A stretch of 64,000 bases of DNA from Bacillota bacterium (GCA_050952625.1 JBMNLH010000004.1:128001-192000), one strand, 5' to 3'; shown: positions 16,546 to 26,221, counted from the first letter of the stretch. Notes: a model not told the origin generated them from the letters alone. Numbers and translations: made by a program.

Positions 16546-18891
16546 TCATTTATCATAGCTGTTTGTGATATGAGGGTCCCCGGTGGTTTTGGAGTTCGTG
16601 GCTTGCTGTATCTGCTGTACCTTATTTCTTAGCTGCTGAATCAGTCGGTTTAGACCCTCAAGTCTTCCCTGCTTAATAGCTTGATTAATCTCAGCCCCTA
16701 TTTGGGAAATATCTTTTAAACCATATAAACCAGCTGAACCTTTAATATCGTGACTAACACTGAGTACGGTTTCTAGGTCACCCCCGGTCAGGGCTTGATC
16801 TATTTGCTTAACCATATCGTCCAATGAAGTTAAAAACTCCGGTAAAAGTGCTTGAATCACTCGATCCGATCCGGCAACTTTAGCCTCCTTTGGCTGCTGC
16901 CCGGCTTGAACTCGCCTCAAGGCCTCCAATAATTGCCCTCGGGTAAAGGGCTTGGCCAAGTAATCAGTACACCCGGCAGCCAGACACTTTTCCGCATCCC
17001 CTTTCATGGCGTGAGCAGTCAAGGCAATAATCGGCAGGTTTTGCCAGCGGGATGATTGGCGAATTCTTTTAGTCGTCTCGTAACCATCCAAAATGGGCAT
17101 CTGCATATCCATTAGCAACAAATCAAACTCTTCCTGCTCCAGGATCTGCAGACACTGCTGGCCATTCTCGGCTACTCGGACCGAATGCCCCTCAGCCTGC
17201 AGTATGTAAGTTATTAGACGCCGGTTAGCCTCGTTATCCTCAGTTACCAGGATGGAACAGAAAGCTGACCCGCCGGCCGAAGCAGCCGGCACCGGTCGGG
17301 AACGTGGCTGGTTCCGCTTGACTACTTTAGACAATGGCTGCTCTAGCGGTACACAGAAATGAAAAGTGGAGCCCCGTCCTTCTTCACTATCAACCCAGAT
17401 GCGTCCACCCATCAATTCAATTAGTTGTCGACAAATGGCTAGACCAAGGCCGGTCCCACCGTACTTGCGTGCCGGTGATCCATCCACCTGAGTAAAGGCT
17501 TGAAAAATATTATCCCGAGCATGATGAGGAATACCGATCCCAGTATCTCTAACCGAAATGTGTAATGGGAATTGAGAAGAAGGCAGCCTTTTGTTGCCTC
17601 GACTGGCCCGAACCTCAATCTCCCCTCGTTCGGTAAATTTAACGGCATTGCCCAGTAGATTAGTCAGCACCTGACTAATTCGCCCAACATCACCGCTAAG
17701 GATCGGTGGAACTTGCGAACTGATAAAGGTTTTGAGTACGATAGTGGTATCTTCCAGGTGCGGTTGAATGGCTGCGGTACACTCATTTATCAGGGTGCTA
17801 ACTTCAAAATTGGCATTTTGTAGTTCAATTCGATCCGCTTCAATTTTGGATAGATCCAGGATATTATCAACTAAATGAGAAAGTTGTTGGCCACAACGTT
17901 GAATTGTCGTTACAAACTCCATTAAACGGGGGGATAGATTTTCCCGAGACAGGAGTTCGGCAAATCCCAGGATCCCTCCCAGCGGTGTCCGAATCTCGTG
18001 ACTCATATTGGCTAGAAACTCAGTTTTGGCCCGATTAGCAGCCTCCGCCTGGCGGTGAGATTCAATTAAATGGGCAATATCTGCGACTATGCCAACGGCT
18101 CCTTTGATGTCGCCATTTTCATCCCGGATCGAGGTAACTGACAACCAAACAGGCCGTGCGGTTTTGGCTTTATTCATGGTTTCTACTTGACCGCGCCAAG
18201 TTCCCCCTGCCTTAATCGTCGTCAAAATTTCCCGCAACCGAGCTAACTCGGTTAAGGGAAACATTAAGGAAATCTGCTGGCCGACCGCCTCTTCTTGGCT
18301 CCAACCGTATAGTTTTTCAGCTCCCCTATTCCAGGACCGAATACGCCCATCCAGATCAAAAACAATGATGCAATCGTTCACGTTGGCCAGTAGATTTGCC
18401 TGAAAGCGTATTTCCGCTTCCGCCCGGCGTTGGTCAGAAACATCTGTATAAATACCAAATGTCCCCTGAACCCGGCCTTGATTATCGATAAAAGGAGCCG
18501 CACCTACTATCACCGGCACTTTTCGCCCGGAACGAGTGACCAAACAAGTTTCATAGGTACTCCGTTCCCCGTGAAGTTGGCGCCAAAATTTGTCGAGCGA
18601 GACAGAAACTTGAGACCTGTCAATAATATCTAAATAAGATCGGCCAAGGATTTCTTCTTCTGAATACTCAAGCATTCGACACAAGGCCTGGTTAACCTGG
18701 GTTATTTTCATTAAGGGATCCAGGCAAACTAATCCTTCCGTCATGGTCTCAATCAGAGTCCGATATCGGCTTTCGGAGGCAGTCAACTGGGCCACGCTGT
18801 CCTTAAGGAAGGTGGATAACTCGGACCTATCAAGCTCATCTAAGGCATCCACCATCTTCAAAAACTTTTCGACGTGATTAGTCTGACTCAT
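16546..18891 (-). CDS. Soluble PAS-PAS-HisKA-HATPase-REC-Hpt hybrid histidine kinase
   Basis: [45 protein letters not shown] and SHDIKGSAG motifs. No TM segment. Confidence 0.93.
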   Translation of the reverse strand: MSQTNHVEKFLKMVDALDELDRSELSTFLKDSVAQLTASESRYRTLIETMTEGLVCLDPLMKITQVNQALCRMLEYSEEEILGRSYLDIIDRSQVSVSLDKFWRQLHGERSTYETCLVTRSGRKVPVIVGAAPFIDNQGRVQGTFGIYTDVSDQRRAEAEIRFQANLLANVNDCIIVFDLDGRIRSWNRGAEKLYGWSQEEAVGQQISLMFPLTELARLREILTTIKAGGTWRGQVETMNKAKTARPVWLSVTSIRDENGDIKGAVGIVADIAHLIESHRQAEAANRAKTEFLANMSHEIRTPLGGILGFAELLSRENLSPRLMEFVTTIQRCGQQLSHLVDNILDLSKIEADRIELQNANFEVSTLINECTAAIQPHLEDTTIVLKTFISSQVPPILSGDVGRISQVLTNLLGNAVKFTERGEIEVRASRGNKRLPSSQFPLHISVRDTGIGIPHHARDNIFQAFTQVDGSPARKYGGTGLGLAICRQLIELMGGRIWVDSEEGRGSTFHFCVPLEQPLSKVVKRNQPRSRPVPAASAGGSAFCSILVTEDNEANRRLITYILQAEGHSVRVAENGQQCLQILEQEEFDLLLMDMQMPILDGYETTKRIRQSSRWQNLPIIALTAHAMKGDAEKCLAAGCTDYLAKPFTRGQLLEALRRVQAGQQPKEAKVAGSDRVIQALLPEFLTSLDDMVKQIDQALTGGDLETVLSVSHDIKGSAGLYGLKDISQIGAEINQAIKQGRLEGLNRLIQQLRNKVQQIQQATNSKTTGDPHITNSYDK

Positions 18892-19146
18892 TTGCTGCCA
18901 CCCCCCTTACCGTCAAGCTAAAAAGCAAAAATTTCGACACTAATTTAGACCAAAATATGCATCCTATCAAAATTCTACATGAAAAGCTACGGTTAGGCCA
19001 TACCTTTAATTAAGATTAAGTTTATAGAATATACCGTTAATTTTTTTGGAAAATTAACAAACCCCTCAAGTTAAAAACTAGAGGGGCTGGGTCTTTTGAT
19101 TCTGATTAATTGATGAGCAACTTTTGATAAACTGATCGCCACAAGT

Positions 19147-19368
19147 CTATTCATGCGGTTCAATTGTATACCCATCTGATTCATAGTGGTCATCTAAATC
19201 CGCTAGCGCAATGCGGCATTGTCTGGTACTACCATCCACTAAAAGCAAGGCCTGGGTCAATTCGGTTAAGGCTTCGCCATTACGGACAACACCCATTGAA
19301 TTCCGGATTTCTTGGGCCGAACCGTATAGATGACTGATGGCTGACTGAACTGCCTCTTTTTCGTTCAC
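19147..19368 (-). CDS. Small hypothetical protein
   Basis: Strong AGGAGGTG RBS, downstream hairpin at 19059-19090, upstream sigma-F-like promoter. Confidence 0.7.
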   Translation of the reverse strand: MNEKEAVQSAISHLYGSAQEIRNSMGVVRNGEALTELTQALLLVDGSTRQCRIALADLDDHYESDGYTIEPHE

Positions 19369-19386
19369 ATTAACACCTCCTGCGGA

Positions 19387-19416
19387 TAGTTTCTCCGCCG
19401 GTCAGGTGCGATATGC
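19387..19416 (-). promoter_or_regulatory. Putative sigma-F/G promoter
   Basis: GCATA-15 nt-GGAGAAACTA. Confidence 0.5.
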
Positions 19417-19419
19417 GTG

Positions 19420-20560
19420 TCAGAACAAGAAAACCCAATTGCGCCGTGTTTTAACGCAGGTCAGCGATTGGCGATTTACATCAAAGAACTGAGGCGGCTG
19501 AGGAGCAGCAGGCATCACTGTTTGGGCCCAAAGGGCGAGTTTGATGCCTGCCCGAAGCCGACGAAGTTCGTTCCCAGTCTAGCTTGCTGACCGAAATTAA
19601 AACACAAGCATCAGAACATAAAAACCAATTGCGCCGTGTTTTAACGTAGGTCAGCGATTGGCGTCTTACATCAGAGAACTGAGGCGGCTGAGGAGCAGCA
19701 GGCATCACTGTTTGAGCCTGAAAGGCGAGTTTGATGCCTGCCCGAAGCCGACGAAGTTCGTTCCCAGTCTAGCTTGCTGACCGAAATTAAAACACAAGCA
19801 TCAGAACATAAAAACCAATTGCGCCGTGTTTTAACGTAGGTCAGCGATTGGCGTCTTACATCAGAGAACTGAGGCGGCTGAGGAGCAGCAGGCATCACTG
19901 TTTGAGCCTGAAAGGCGAGTTTGATGCCTGCCCGAAGCCGACGAAGTTCGTTCCCAGTCTAGCTTGCTGACCGAAGTTAAAACACAAGCATCAGAACATA
20001 AAAACCAATTGCGCCGTGTTTTAACGTAGGTCAGCGATTGGCGTCTTACATCAGAGAACTGAGGCGGCTGAGGAGCAGCAGGCATCACTGTTTGAGCCTG
20101 AAAGGCGAGTTTGATGCCTGCCCGAAGCCGACGAAGTTCGTTCCCAGTCTAGCTTGCTGACCGAAATTAAAACACAAGCATCAGAACATAAAAACCAATT
20201 GCGCCGTGTTTTAACGTAGGTCAGCGATTGGCGTCTTACATCAGAGAACTGAGGCGGCTGAGGAGCAGCAGGCATCACTGTTTGAGCCTGAAAGGCGAGT
20301 TTGATGCCTGCCCGAAGCCGACGAAGTTCGTTCCCAGTCTAGCTTGCTGACCGAAGTTAAAACACAAGCATCAGAACATAAAAACCAATTGCGCCGTGTT
20401 TTAACGTAGGTCAGCGATTGGCGTCTTACATCAGAGAACTGAGGCGGCTGAGGAGCAGCAGGCATCACTGTTTGAGCCTGAAAGGCGAGTTTGATGCCTG
20501 CCCGAAGCCGACGAAGTTCGTTCCCAGTCTAGCTTGCTGACCGAAGTTAAAACACAAGCA
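19420..20560. repeat. Tandem array of six 190-bp units (170-bp family A element + constant 20-bp linker)
   Basis: gcgccgtgttttaac starts at 19441, 19631, 19821, 20011, 20201 and 20391. Linker tcagaacataaaaaccaatt. Confidence 0.97.
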
Positions 20561-20566
20561 AAGCTA

Positions 20567-21850
20567 TTACCAAATTAACTGAATGATCGAACCCAAGTTA
20601 TACGTTACGATACCTAGTAGAAGGCCCACCAGCAGACTGACCACCACGGTCGCCAGGGTAAACAGCCGGCTTTGGCTTTCCTTATAGATACAGGTTAAAG
20701 TAGCGACACAGGGAATATAAAACATATAAACCACTAAGAAGGTAAGCCCGGCTAAAGGAGTAATATTCTGGATTAGGATTGATCCTAGATCACCCAAACC
20801 TTCCGAGGCATGGTAGAGAACTCCCAGGGTTGAAAGAGTCGTTTCCTTAGCAAAAAAGCCAAAAATAAGCGCGACCAGTAAACGCCAATTTAAACCCATC
20901 AATTCCCCAATTGGTTCCAAGACTTGGCCGATCCGGGCCGCGAAAGACGCTTCGAAAGGCGCATTCAAGGGGAAACTAGACAAAAACCAAATTAGTACCG
21001 AGGAGATAATAACCACATTTTTGATGCGGTTTAAAAAATCCAAGGTCCGGTAGAGGGTGGCTTTAAGCACATTCTTTAACTTAGGCCAGCGGTAGCAGGA
21101 TAGGGGCAACGATTCTGGCGGCTGATACTCGGCGGTAAACCGGGTCTTAATCAGATAAGAAACCAGAGCCGTGACGACCCAACTCAAGACAACCAGGACC
21201 GACATGATCAAAGTAGCGGTCACTGGGGCAAAGAAAGCCGCTGCAATGTACAAAATCACCGCGAACCGGGCTGAACAAGGGATAAATGAGCTGATCAGCA
21301 TCATAATCAAGCGATCCAGCGGATTAGGAATGCTCCGAGCACTGATTATCGATGAAACATTGCAGCTATAGCCGAGAATAAGCGGGGTGAAGGTCTGACC
21401 AGCCATCTTTAGCCGGGCCATCGGCCGGTGCATAATAAAGGCAATGCGATCCGCATAACCGGTTTCGGTGATTACGGTGAAGAAAGCGAAAAACAACAGC
21501 ATTTGCGGAAAGAAAGCCAAGGCCGAACCAATTCCCCGAAAAACCCCATCGGCAATCATACTCATTAGTAATGGCGGAAGATAATAGCTAAAGACAGATT
21601 GTTGAAACAGCTCGGCAAAACGGTCCAACATTAACCCTAGTAATTCAGAAATCGGTGCCCCAATCGTAAAACTAGCTAAAAACAAAAGACTAAAACAAAC
21701 GACCATGATCGGGAAACCCCAGTATTTGTGAATCAACACCTTATCTAAACGGGCGGTTAACTCCTCCTGGTGCTCGGCGTGCTCTTTTAAACTATCACTA
21801 AGCCCCGGGCTCAAAACCTCAGGAATAATTTTAAAGGCTGGTTTTTTCAT
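20567..21850 (-). CDS. FeoB-like membrane (Gate) domain protein lacking the N-terminal GTPase
   Basis: RLDKVLIHKYWGFPI, ETGYADRIAF, PLILGYSCNV, FIPCSARF, GFFAKE and YIPCVAT FeoB motifs. No GxxxxGK(S/T). Confidence 0.85.
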   Translation of the reverse strand: MKKPAFKIIPEVLSPGLSDSLKEHAEHQEELTARLDKVLIHKYWGFPIMVVCFSLLFLASFTIGAPISELLGLMLDRFAELFQQSVFSYYLPPLLMSMIADGVFRGIGSALAFFPQMLLFFAFFTVITETGYADRIAFIMHRPMARLKMAGQTFTPLILGYSCNVSSIISARSIPNPLDRLIMMLISSFIPCSARFAVILYIAAAFFAPVTATLIMSVLVVLSWVVTALVSYLIKTRFTAEYQPPESLPLSCYRWPKLKNVLKATLYRTLDFLNRIKNVVIISSVLIWFLSSFPLNAPFEASFAARIGQVLEPIGELMGLNWRLLVALIFGFFAKETTLSTLGVLYHASEGLGDLGSILIQNITPLAGLTFLVVYMFYIPCVATLTCIYKESQSRLFTLATVVVSLLVGLLLGIVTYNLGSIIQLIW

Positions 21851-21998
21851 TGATTCCTCCCCCCTATGGCTTATTCCACATCTTATTTTCCTACTAACCG
21901 CCCATGCTCGCTAGGCACAACCACGGATGAAAATAACACAAACTACGAGGAACGTGTTATTTTTTTGTTAATAGCGGCGATTTAATCTGAATAAAACT

Positions 21999-22412
21999 TT
22001 AAAATATCTCTGAATTTATCTTTTTTAGAATTAGTTCAAATTGCTTCGCTTCTTCCTCGGACAGACAGGATAAAATCTCCCGGGTCAGTTCACGGTGAAA
22101 GTGATGGTGTTCTTTGAAGGCATCAATCCCTTTTTCTGTCAAGCTAATGAGGTAAACCCGACGATCAGCCTGGGTCATATGCCGCCGGGCGTATTCTTTT
22201 TTTTCCAGCCGATCAACCGTAACGGTGGTGGTTCCGGTAGTAACCCCTAATCTTTGAGCCAGATTCTTCATATTCATCTCACCATACTGACCCAGAATCT
22301 CCATCGCGTGCACTTCGGAAACAGATAGGTCACCGGAACGGATCACGGTTGATTCCCATGACGTAAAGCTGCTGATAAAACGAATAAGTTCATTGGTTAA
22401 TTCATCAATCAA
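21999..22412 (-). CDS. MarR-family regulator with His-rich motif (AdcR/ZitR-like)
   Basis: LSVSEVHAME...LAQRLGVTTGT...DRR...EHHHFH. TTG start at 22412 with RBS. Confidence 0.85.
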   Translation of the reverse strand: MIDELTNELIRFISSFTSWESTVIRSGDLSVSEVHAMEILGQYGEMNMKNLAQRLGVTTGTTTVTVDRLEKKEYARRHMTQADRRVYLISLTEKGIDAFKEHHHFHRELTREILSCLSEEEAKQFELILKKINSEIF

Positions 22413-22462
22413 AATATGCCCTCCCTCAAACAATAAGTTAATATAAAAATACAAATCTCTTA

Positions 22463-22510
22463 TAGTTTGAATCCCAAACTAAATATACCCTGCCGGGGTA
22501 ATCCTGTCAA
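22463..22510 (-). promoter_or_regulatory. Sigma-A promoter with adjacent palindromic operator
   Basis: TTGACA-17-TATATT on the minus strand, immediately followed by TAGTTTG-n5-CAAACTA. Confidence 0.65.
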
Positions 22511-22673
22511 GTCTATCAACTCTTCCCAAAACTCGATTTTATCCCATACTTGTTTTATAGATTTTGATTATTCCGGCTAAATTATTTATAAATCAAGAAA
22601 GCAGCCAATATAAACCAAGATAGCTGCAATCAAAAAAGAATAATCCCGCTTTAGAAACAGGGTTTTCAAGAAT

Positions 22674-22997
22674 TTAAGATTCTTTATTATTCATTGGTCT
22701 TACCCGAAATAACCCACAGGCCTGAGCCCCGGGATGATGGTGCTCAACCAGCTTCATTAGTCCCGCCGCTCCGACCAGTTTAATAATCTCTCGAGCGTCG
22801 ATCCTCCTGGGAACCCGTTTCTCCAAGTTGCCGTATTTTTTCAGACCCACCACACAGCCCCAGCGAATTTCTTCCCGGCCCTGAATCTCCACCAGAAAAC
22901 AGCACTCCCCACAGGTATTTACGGCCTTCTCCCGCATCTCCGGCAAAATAACCCGGTGGCCGGCCCAGAGCTTGTTGTCAAAAAGATTACCGGCCAT
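22674..22997 (-). CDS. YolD-like accessory protein with Cys motifs
   Basis: NKLWAGHRVILPE YolD-like N-terminal motif, CGECC, overlap with the Pol IV stop. Confidence 0.6.
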   Translation of the reverse strand: MAGNLFDNKLWAGHRVILPEMREKAVNTCGECCFLVEIQGREEIRWGCVVGLKKYGNLEKRVPRRIDAREIIKLVGAAGLMKLVEHHHPGAQACGLFRVRPMNNKES

Positions 22998-24171
22998 ACC
23001 AAGCACCCGCCTTAGTTAAAGAAACGGCCCGAAAGAGGGCCTGCTCCCCAAACCGATTCCGAATAGCATCCCCGGCTACCTCCAGCTTTTTTAACTTGTC
23101 CCGATCAACGAACAGAGTTAACTGTTCTGGCGATTCTCTTGCCAAATTGGAAAGTGCCAGGCCGACCAAGCGGACCGGCCAGTCTGGGGACCAGTGCCGC
23201 TGCAACAACTCCCTCGCCCCCTGGTAGATATCGAGGGTCAAATCCGTCGGTCCCGGCAAGGTCTTCATCCGGGATAACCAAGCTAATTCTGGATTCCGCA
23301 GGATCAGGGTAACTGTTCTCCCTTTATATCCCTTGGCCCGGACCCGTCGGGCTACCACCTCCGCTAGTTCCAGCAGAACCACCTTAACTTCTTCCCCCAC
23401 GTAATCCCGGGGCAGGGTAAGCTGATGGCCGATACTCTTATATTCCTCTAGCGAACCGGGATCCACCGGGCTATAATCAATCCCATTGGCACATTGCCAT
23501 AAGACCTCGCCCACCACGCCAAACCTTTTTCTTAAGGTCTCGACCGGACATTTGGCCAGGCCGCCGATCGTCCAAATCCCCATGCGGTGCAGGTGCTGTT
23601 CGTAGCGTCGGCCCACGCCGAATAATTCTCTAACCGGCAAGGGCCAGAGCCGTTTGGGGACGTCTGCTTGAGCCAGCACGGTTAGTCCGTCCGGCTTTTG
23701 CAGCCCGGCAGCCATTTTCGCCAGCAGCTTATTCGGGCCGATCCCGACGCTGCAGGTGAGCTGCAGTTCCTGACGGATTTGTTCTTTCAATTTATTGGCT
23801 AACTCAACGGGTGGCCCAAACAACCCTTCACAATTGGTGACATCCAAAAAAGCCTCGTCGATCGAAAATGGCTCGACCAGAGGCGTAAAGTTTCGCATGA
23901 TCGCCAGGAAGCGGCTGGAGTAATGGACATAGTGGTGGTACTGGGAAGTAATAAAGATCCCTTGAGGACATAGGGCCCTAGCTTCGCCCACCAGCATCCC
24001 GGTCTTGATGCCCAAGGCTTTGGCTTCGTAGCTGGCCGCCACCACAATGCCTCTTCGTTTTTGGGGATCACCGGTCACAATGACCGGCTTCCCCCGGAAA
24101 CTAGGTTCGAGAGCCTGGTGAACGCTGGCAAAAAAAGAGTTCATATCAGCCAAGAGAATAGTTCGGGACAT
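22987..24171 (-). CDS. dinB: Y-family DNA polymerase IV (DinB/UvrX type)
   Basis: DMNSFFASV, SYEAK, SIDEAFLD and KPDGL motifs. Confidence 0.93.
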   Translation of the reverse strand: MSRTILLADMNSFFASVHQALEPSFRGKPVIVTGDPQKRRGIVVAASYEAKALGIKTGMLVGEARALCPQGIFITSQYHHYVHYSSRFLAIMRNFTPLVEPFSIDEAFLDVTNCEGLFGPPVELANKLKEQIRQELQLTCSVGIGPNKLLAKMAAGLQKPDGLTVLAQADVPKRLWPLPVRELFGVGRRYEQHLHRMGIWTIGGLAKCPVETLRKRFGVVGEVLWQCANGIDYSPVDPGSLEEYKSIGHQLTLPRDYVGEEVKVVLLELAEVVARRVRAKGYKGRTVTLILRNPELAWLSRMKTLPGPTDLTLDIYQGARELLQRHWSPDWPVRLVGLALSNLARESPEQLTLFVDRDKLKKLEVAGDAIRNRFGEQALFRAVSLTKAGAWYGR

Positions 24172-24188
24172 AACAAAACCCTCTTTCC

Positions 24189-24260
24189 CGAATAAATGTT
24201 CTGGTTATATTATACCCAGAACTGCCGTTCGAAAAAAGGGGGTGACGAAACTTGTGTTCG
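24189..24260. promoter_or_regulatory. Three LexA/DinR SOS boxes upstream of dinB
   Basis: CGAATAAATGTTCT (24189), AGAACTGCCGTTCG (24218) and GAAACTTGTGTTCG (24247) against the GAAC-N4-GTTC consensus. Confidence 0.75.
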
Positions 24261-24290
24261 GTAAATATTGGTAATGCTTGACGCTTGTAC

Positions 24291-24318
24291 GGGACAGTGG
24301 GACAGGTTGACTGTCCCG
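24291..24318. repeat. Family C REP-like hairpin
   Basis: gggacagtgggacaggttgactgtcccg. Confidence 0.7.
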
Positions 24319-24409
24319 GTTGGGTAACAACGAAAGGTAAGGATAAAGGTAAGGATAGAGCTGGTTATTCACAAGAAGTTTTCTAAATGAAGCGAGTTTC
24401 TAATGATGG

Positions 24410-24850
24410 TCATTGTAAACCCTTTAGTTTTTTAATAGACTTTCTATCCTTATGCAGTATTTCACCTGCGATATCTCTTGATCTTTCGTCCAGGTCCCCT
24501 CTTAGAACTTTTTCAGCCATATTAACGCCTTGGGTTTCTCCTTTTATCGCTTTTTCTATAATTTCAGCTGTATCCGCATCCGAACCTAAATCCATGTTAA
24601 TTTTAATATCTCCCATTTTTCCCTTCATTCCAAGATTCTCTTCCGGCCGCCCACCTATATTTTGGATATAACTTGCTAGTTTATCAATATTTTCTCTATG
24701 TTGTTTCTGAACTTCTTGAAAAGCTTGCTTCACATGATCATCTTCTAACTTAGATATAAAGTTATTGAAACTCTCAACTGCCATATATTCTCCCTGTAAA
24801 AGCTGATTAAGAGATTGTATTGTTTCCTTATTATCTGCATTATCTGCCAC
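24410..24850 (-). CDS. Ferritin-like (DUF2383-type) protein
   Basis: LNQLLQGEYMA...H...I..IGGRP...KGE four-helix ferritin-like pattern. Confidence 0.75.
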   Translation of the reverse strand: MADNADNKETIQSLNQLLQGEYMAVESFNNFISKLEDDHVKQAFQEVQKQHRENIDKLASYIQNIGGRPEENLGMKGKMGDIKINMDLGSDADTAEIIEKAIKGETQGVNMAEKVLRGDLDERSRDIAGEILHKDRKSIKKLKGLQ

Positions 24851-24995
24851 CTTTTTTAGCCTCCTTCATGATGGATTCCTTTTTGCTTGCAACAATCTTA
24901 TTTTTCCACCTATCCAGAGAAAAATACTTGTGCCCCCTTTTTATTGGTAAACACAAAATCCGCCTCAATCCCAAAAACAAAGCCATGGGAAGGGT

Positions 24996-25667
24996 TCAGT
25001 CAACCTCAGCAATACATTCTGGGCTGTCATTAGCCGGGTTATTAACCAACGTGGACACCCGGTAGGCTTCTAGTTCTTCGACCGGTTTTAGGTGGGAAAG
25101 GAGAGCAGCGATTGCGTCAGGCGAGTTAAAGGCATTACTCAGCCAGAGCTGCTCGTTTTCTGGTGGTAAGATGACGGGCATTCGGTTATGAATCGCCCGA
25201 ACCGAACTGGCCGGTTCGGTGGTCAGGATCGTAAAGGTGAATAACTGCTCTCCCTCAGGTGATTGCCAGACATCCCATAAACCGGCTAGGGCAAAAAGTT
25301 CTCTTGAGGGAAGGACAATACGCATCGGTAGCTTTGATCTGCCAACCTTTGGCCATTCGTAATAGCCGTCAGCCGGTACAAGGCAACGCCGCCGGCTAAG
25401 CGAGCTTCTAAAAGCCGGCTTTTCCGCCACTGTTTCCAGCCGGGCATTGATCAACCGGCTGCCGATACTTTTATCTTTAGCCCAATAAGGAACTAATCCC
25501 CACTGCATCATTTTTAGCCGGTTGCTTCCGTCCGCCTTAAGGACGACCGGTACCGACTGAGTGGGGGCAACATTATACCGGGGCGAAAACTCAATCTGCC
25601 CGGTTAGACAACCGAACCTCTCCGCTACGGCCACTGGTCCGGCAGTCAGGGTAAATCTTCCGCACAT
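24996..25667 (-). CDS. SOS response-associated peptidase (SRAP/YedK/HMCES family)
   Basis: MCGRF N-terminus, PRYNVAP, WGLVP, INAR.E, ADGYYEW and IHNRMPVIL motifs. Confidence 0.95.
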   Translation of the reverse strand: MCGRFTLTAGPVAVAERFGCLTGQIEFSPRYNVAPTQSVPVVLKADGSNRLKMMQWGLVPYWAKDKSIGSRLINARLETVAEKPAFRSSLSRRRCLVPADGYYEWPKVGRSKLPMRIVLPSRELFALAGLWDVWQSPEGEQLFTFTILTTEPASSVRAIHNRMPVILPPENEQLWLSNAFNSPDAIAALLSHLKPVEELEAYRVSTLVNNPANDSPECIAEVD

Positions 25668-25994
25668 GAATATCCCCCCTTTTACTAACGATCATTAAAC
25701 GAGTTAACGGATTTAAAACGGCTAAAATCAAGAACCTTCTCCCGTCTCTTTTGTTGGTGCAGATATAAACGTTTAGACGTTTTTTGACACTTATTTTAGA
25801 CATAAAAACACGCCCCCTTCGTTTAACTGTCACCGGAAAAGTAGTCTTACGAAGTGAACGTGTTTTCTTTGTTCTTCTTTGTACCGTTTTCTTGCTTATT
25901 ATTTGTGATACAACCACCGCATTATATTAACGCACTAGATTTTTTAACGTCGCTTTAAGTGCTTTTAGCCTCTGTTAAACGCTGTAAGCCTTAT

Positions 25995-26092
25995 TGGCGG
26001 GAGTGTGTGGGAATCGAACCCACCCACGACAGGATCGCTGCCGCGCGACTGGATTTGAAGTCCAGGAGAGCCACCAGGCCCAAGCCACCCCC
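25995..26092 (-). tRNA. selC: tRNA-Sec (UCA)
   Basis: GGGGGTGG...CTGGACT-TCA-AATCCAG, long variable arm, GGTTCGATTCC and encoded CCA. Anticodon at 26056-26058. Confidence 0.95.
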
Positions 26093-26221
26093 GTAAAATC
26101 AAGGGTTTACCCCTTTTTATAGTTTTTAGGCTACTGGACTAATACCTTGAACTAAAACTTCTTTAGGCAAATTACAGTCTACCTAAAATAACGCCTCATG
26201 TCAAACCCTATTCCTGTTCAC

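Noticed and set aside
19481-20468. Five repeated 75-aa ORFs (MMPAAPQPPQF...)
   Set aside because: They are a by-product of the 190-bp DNA repeat. They have no RBS, each spans unit junctions, and the frame is not kept in dispersed copies.
19420-20560. CRISPR array
   Set aside because: Units are 170 bp with an invariant 20-bp linker. There are no unique spacers and no cas genes.
25591-25917. 108-aa basic ORF next to tRNA-Sec as an integrase/excisionase
   Set aside because: No recognisable motifs, overlaps the SRAP start and has no convincing RBS.
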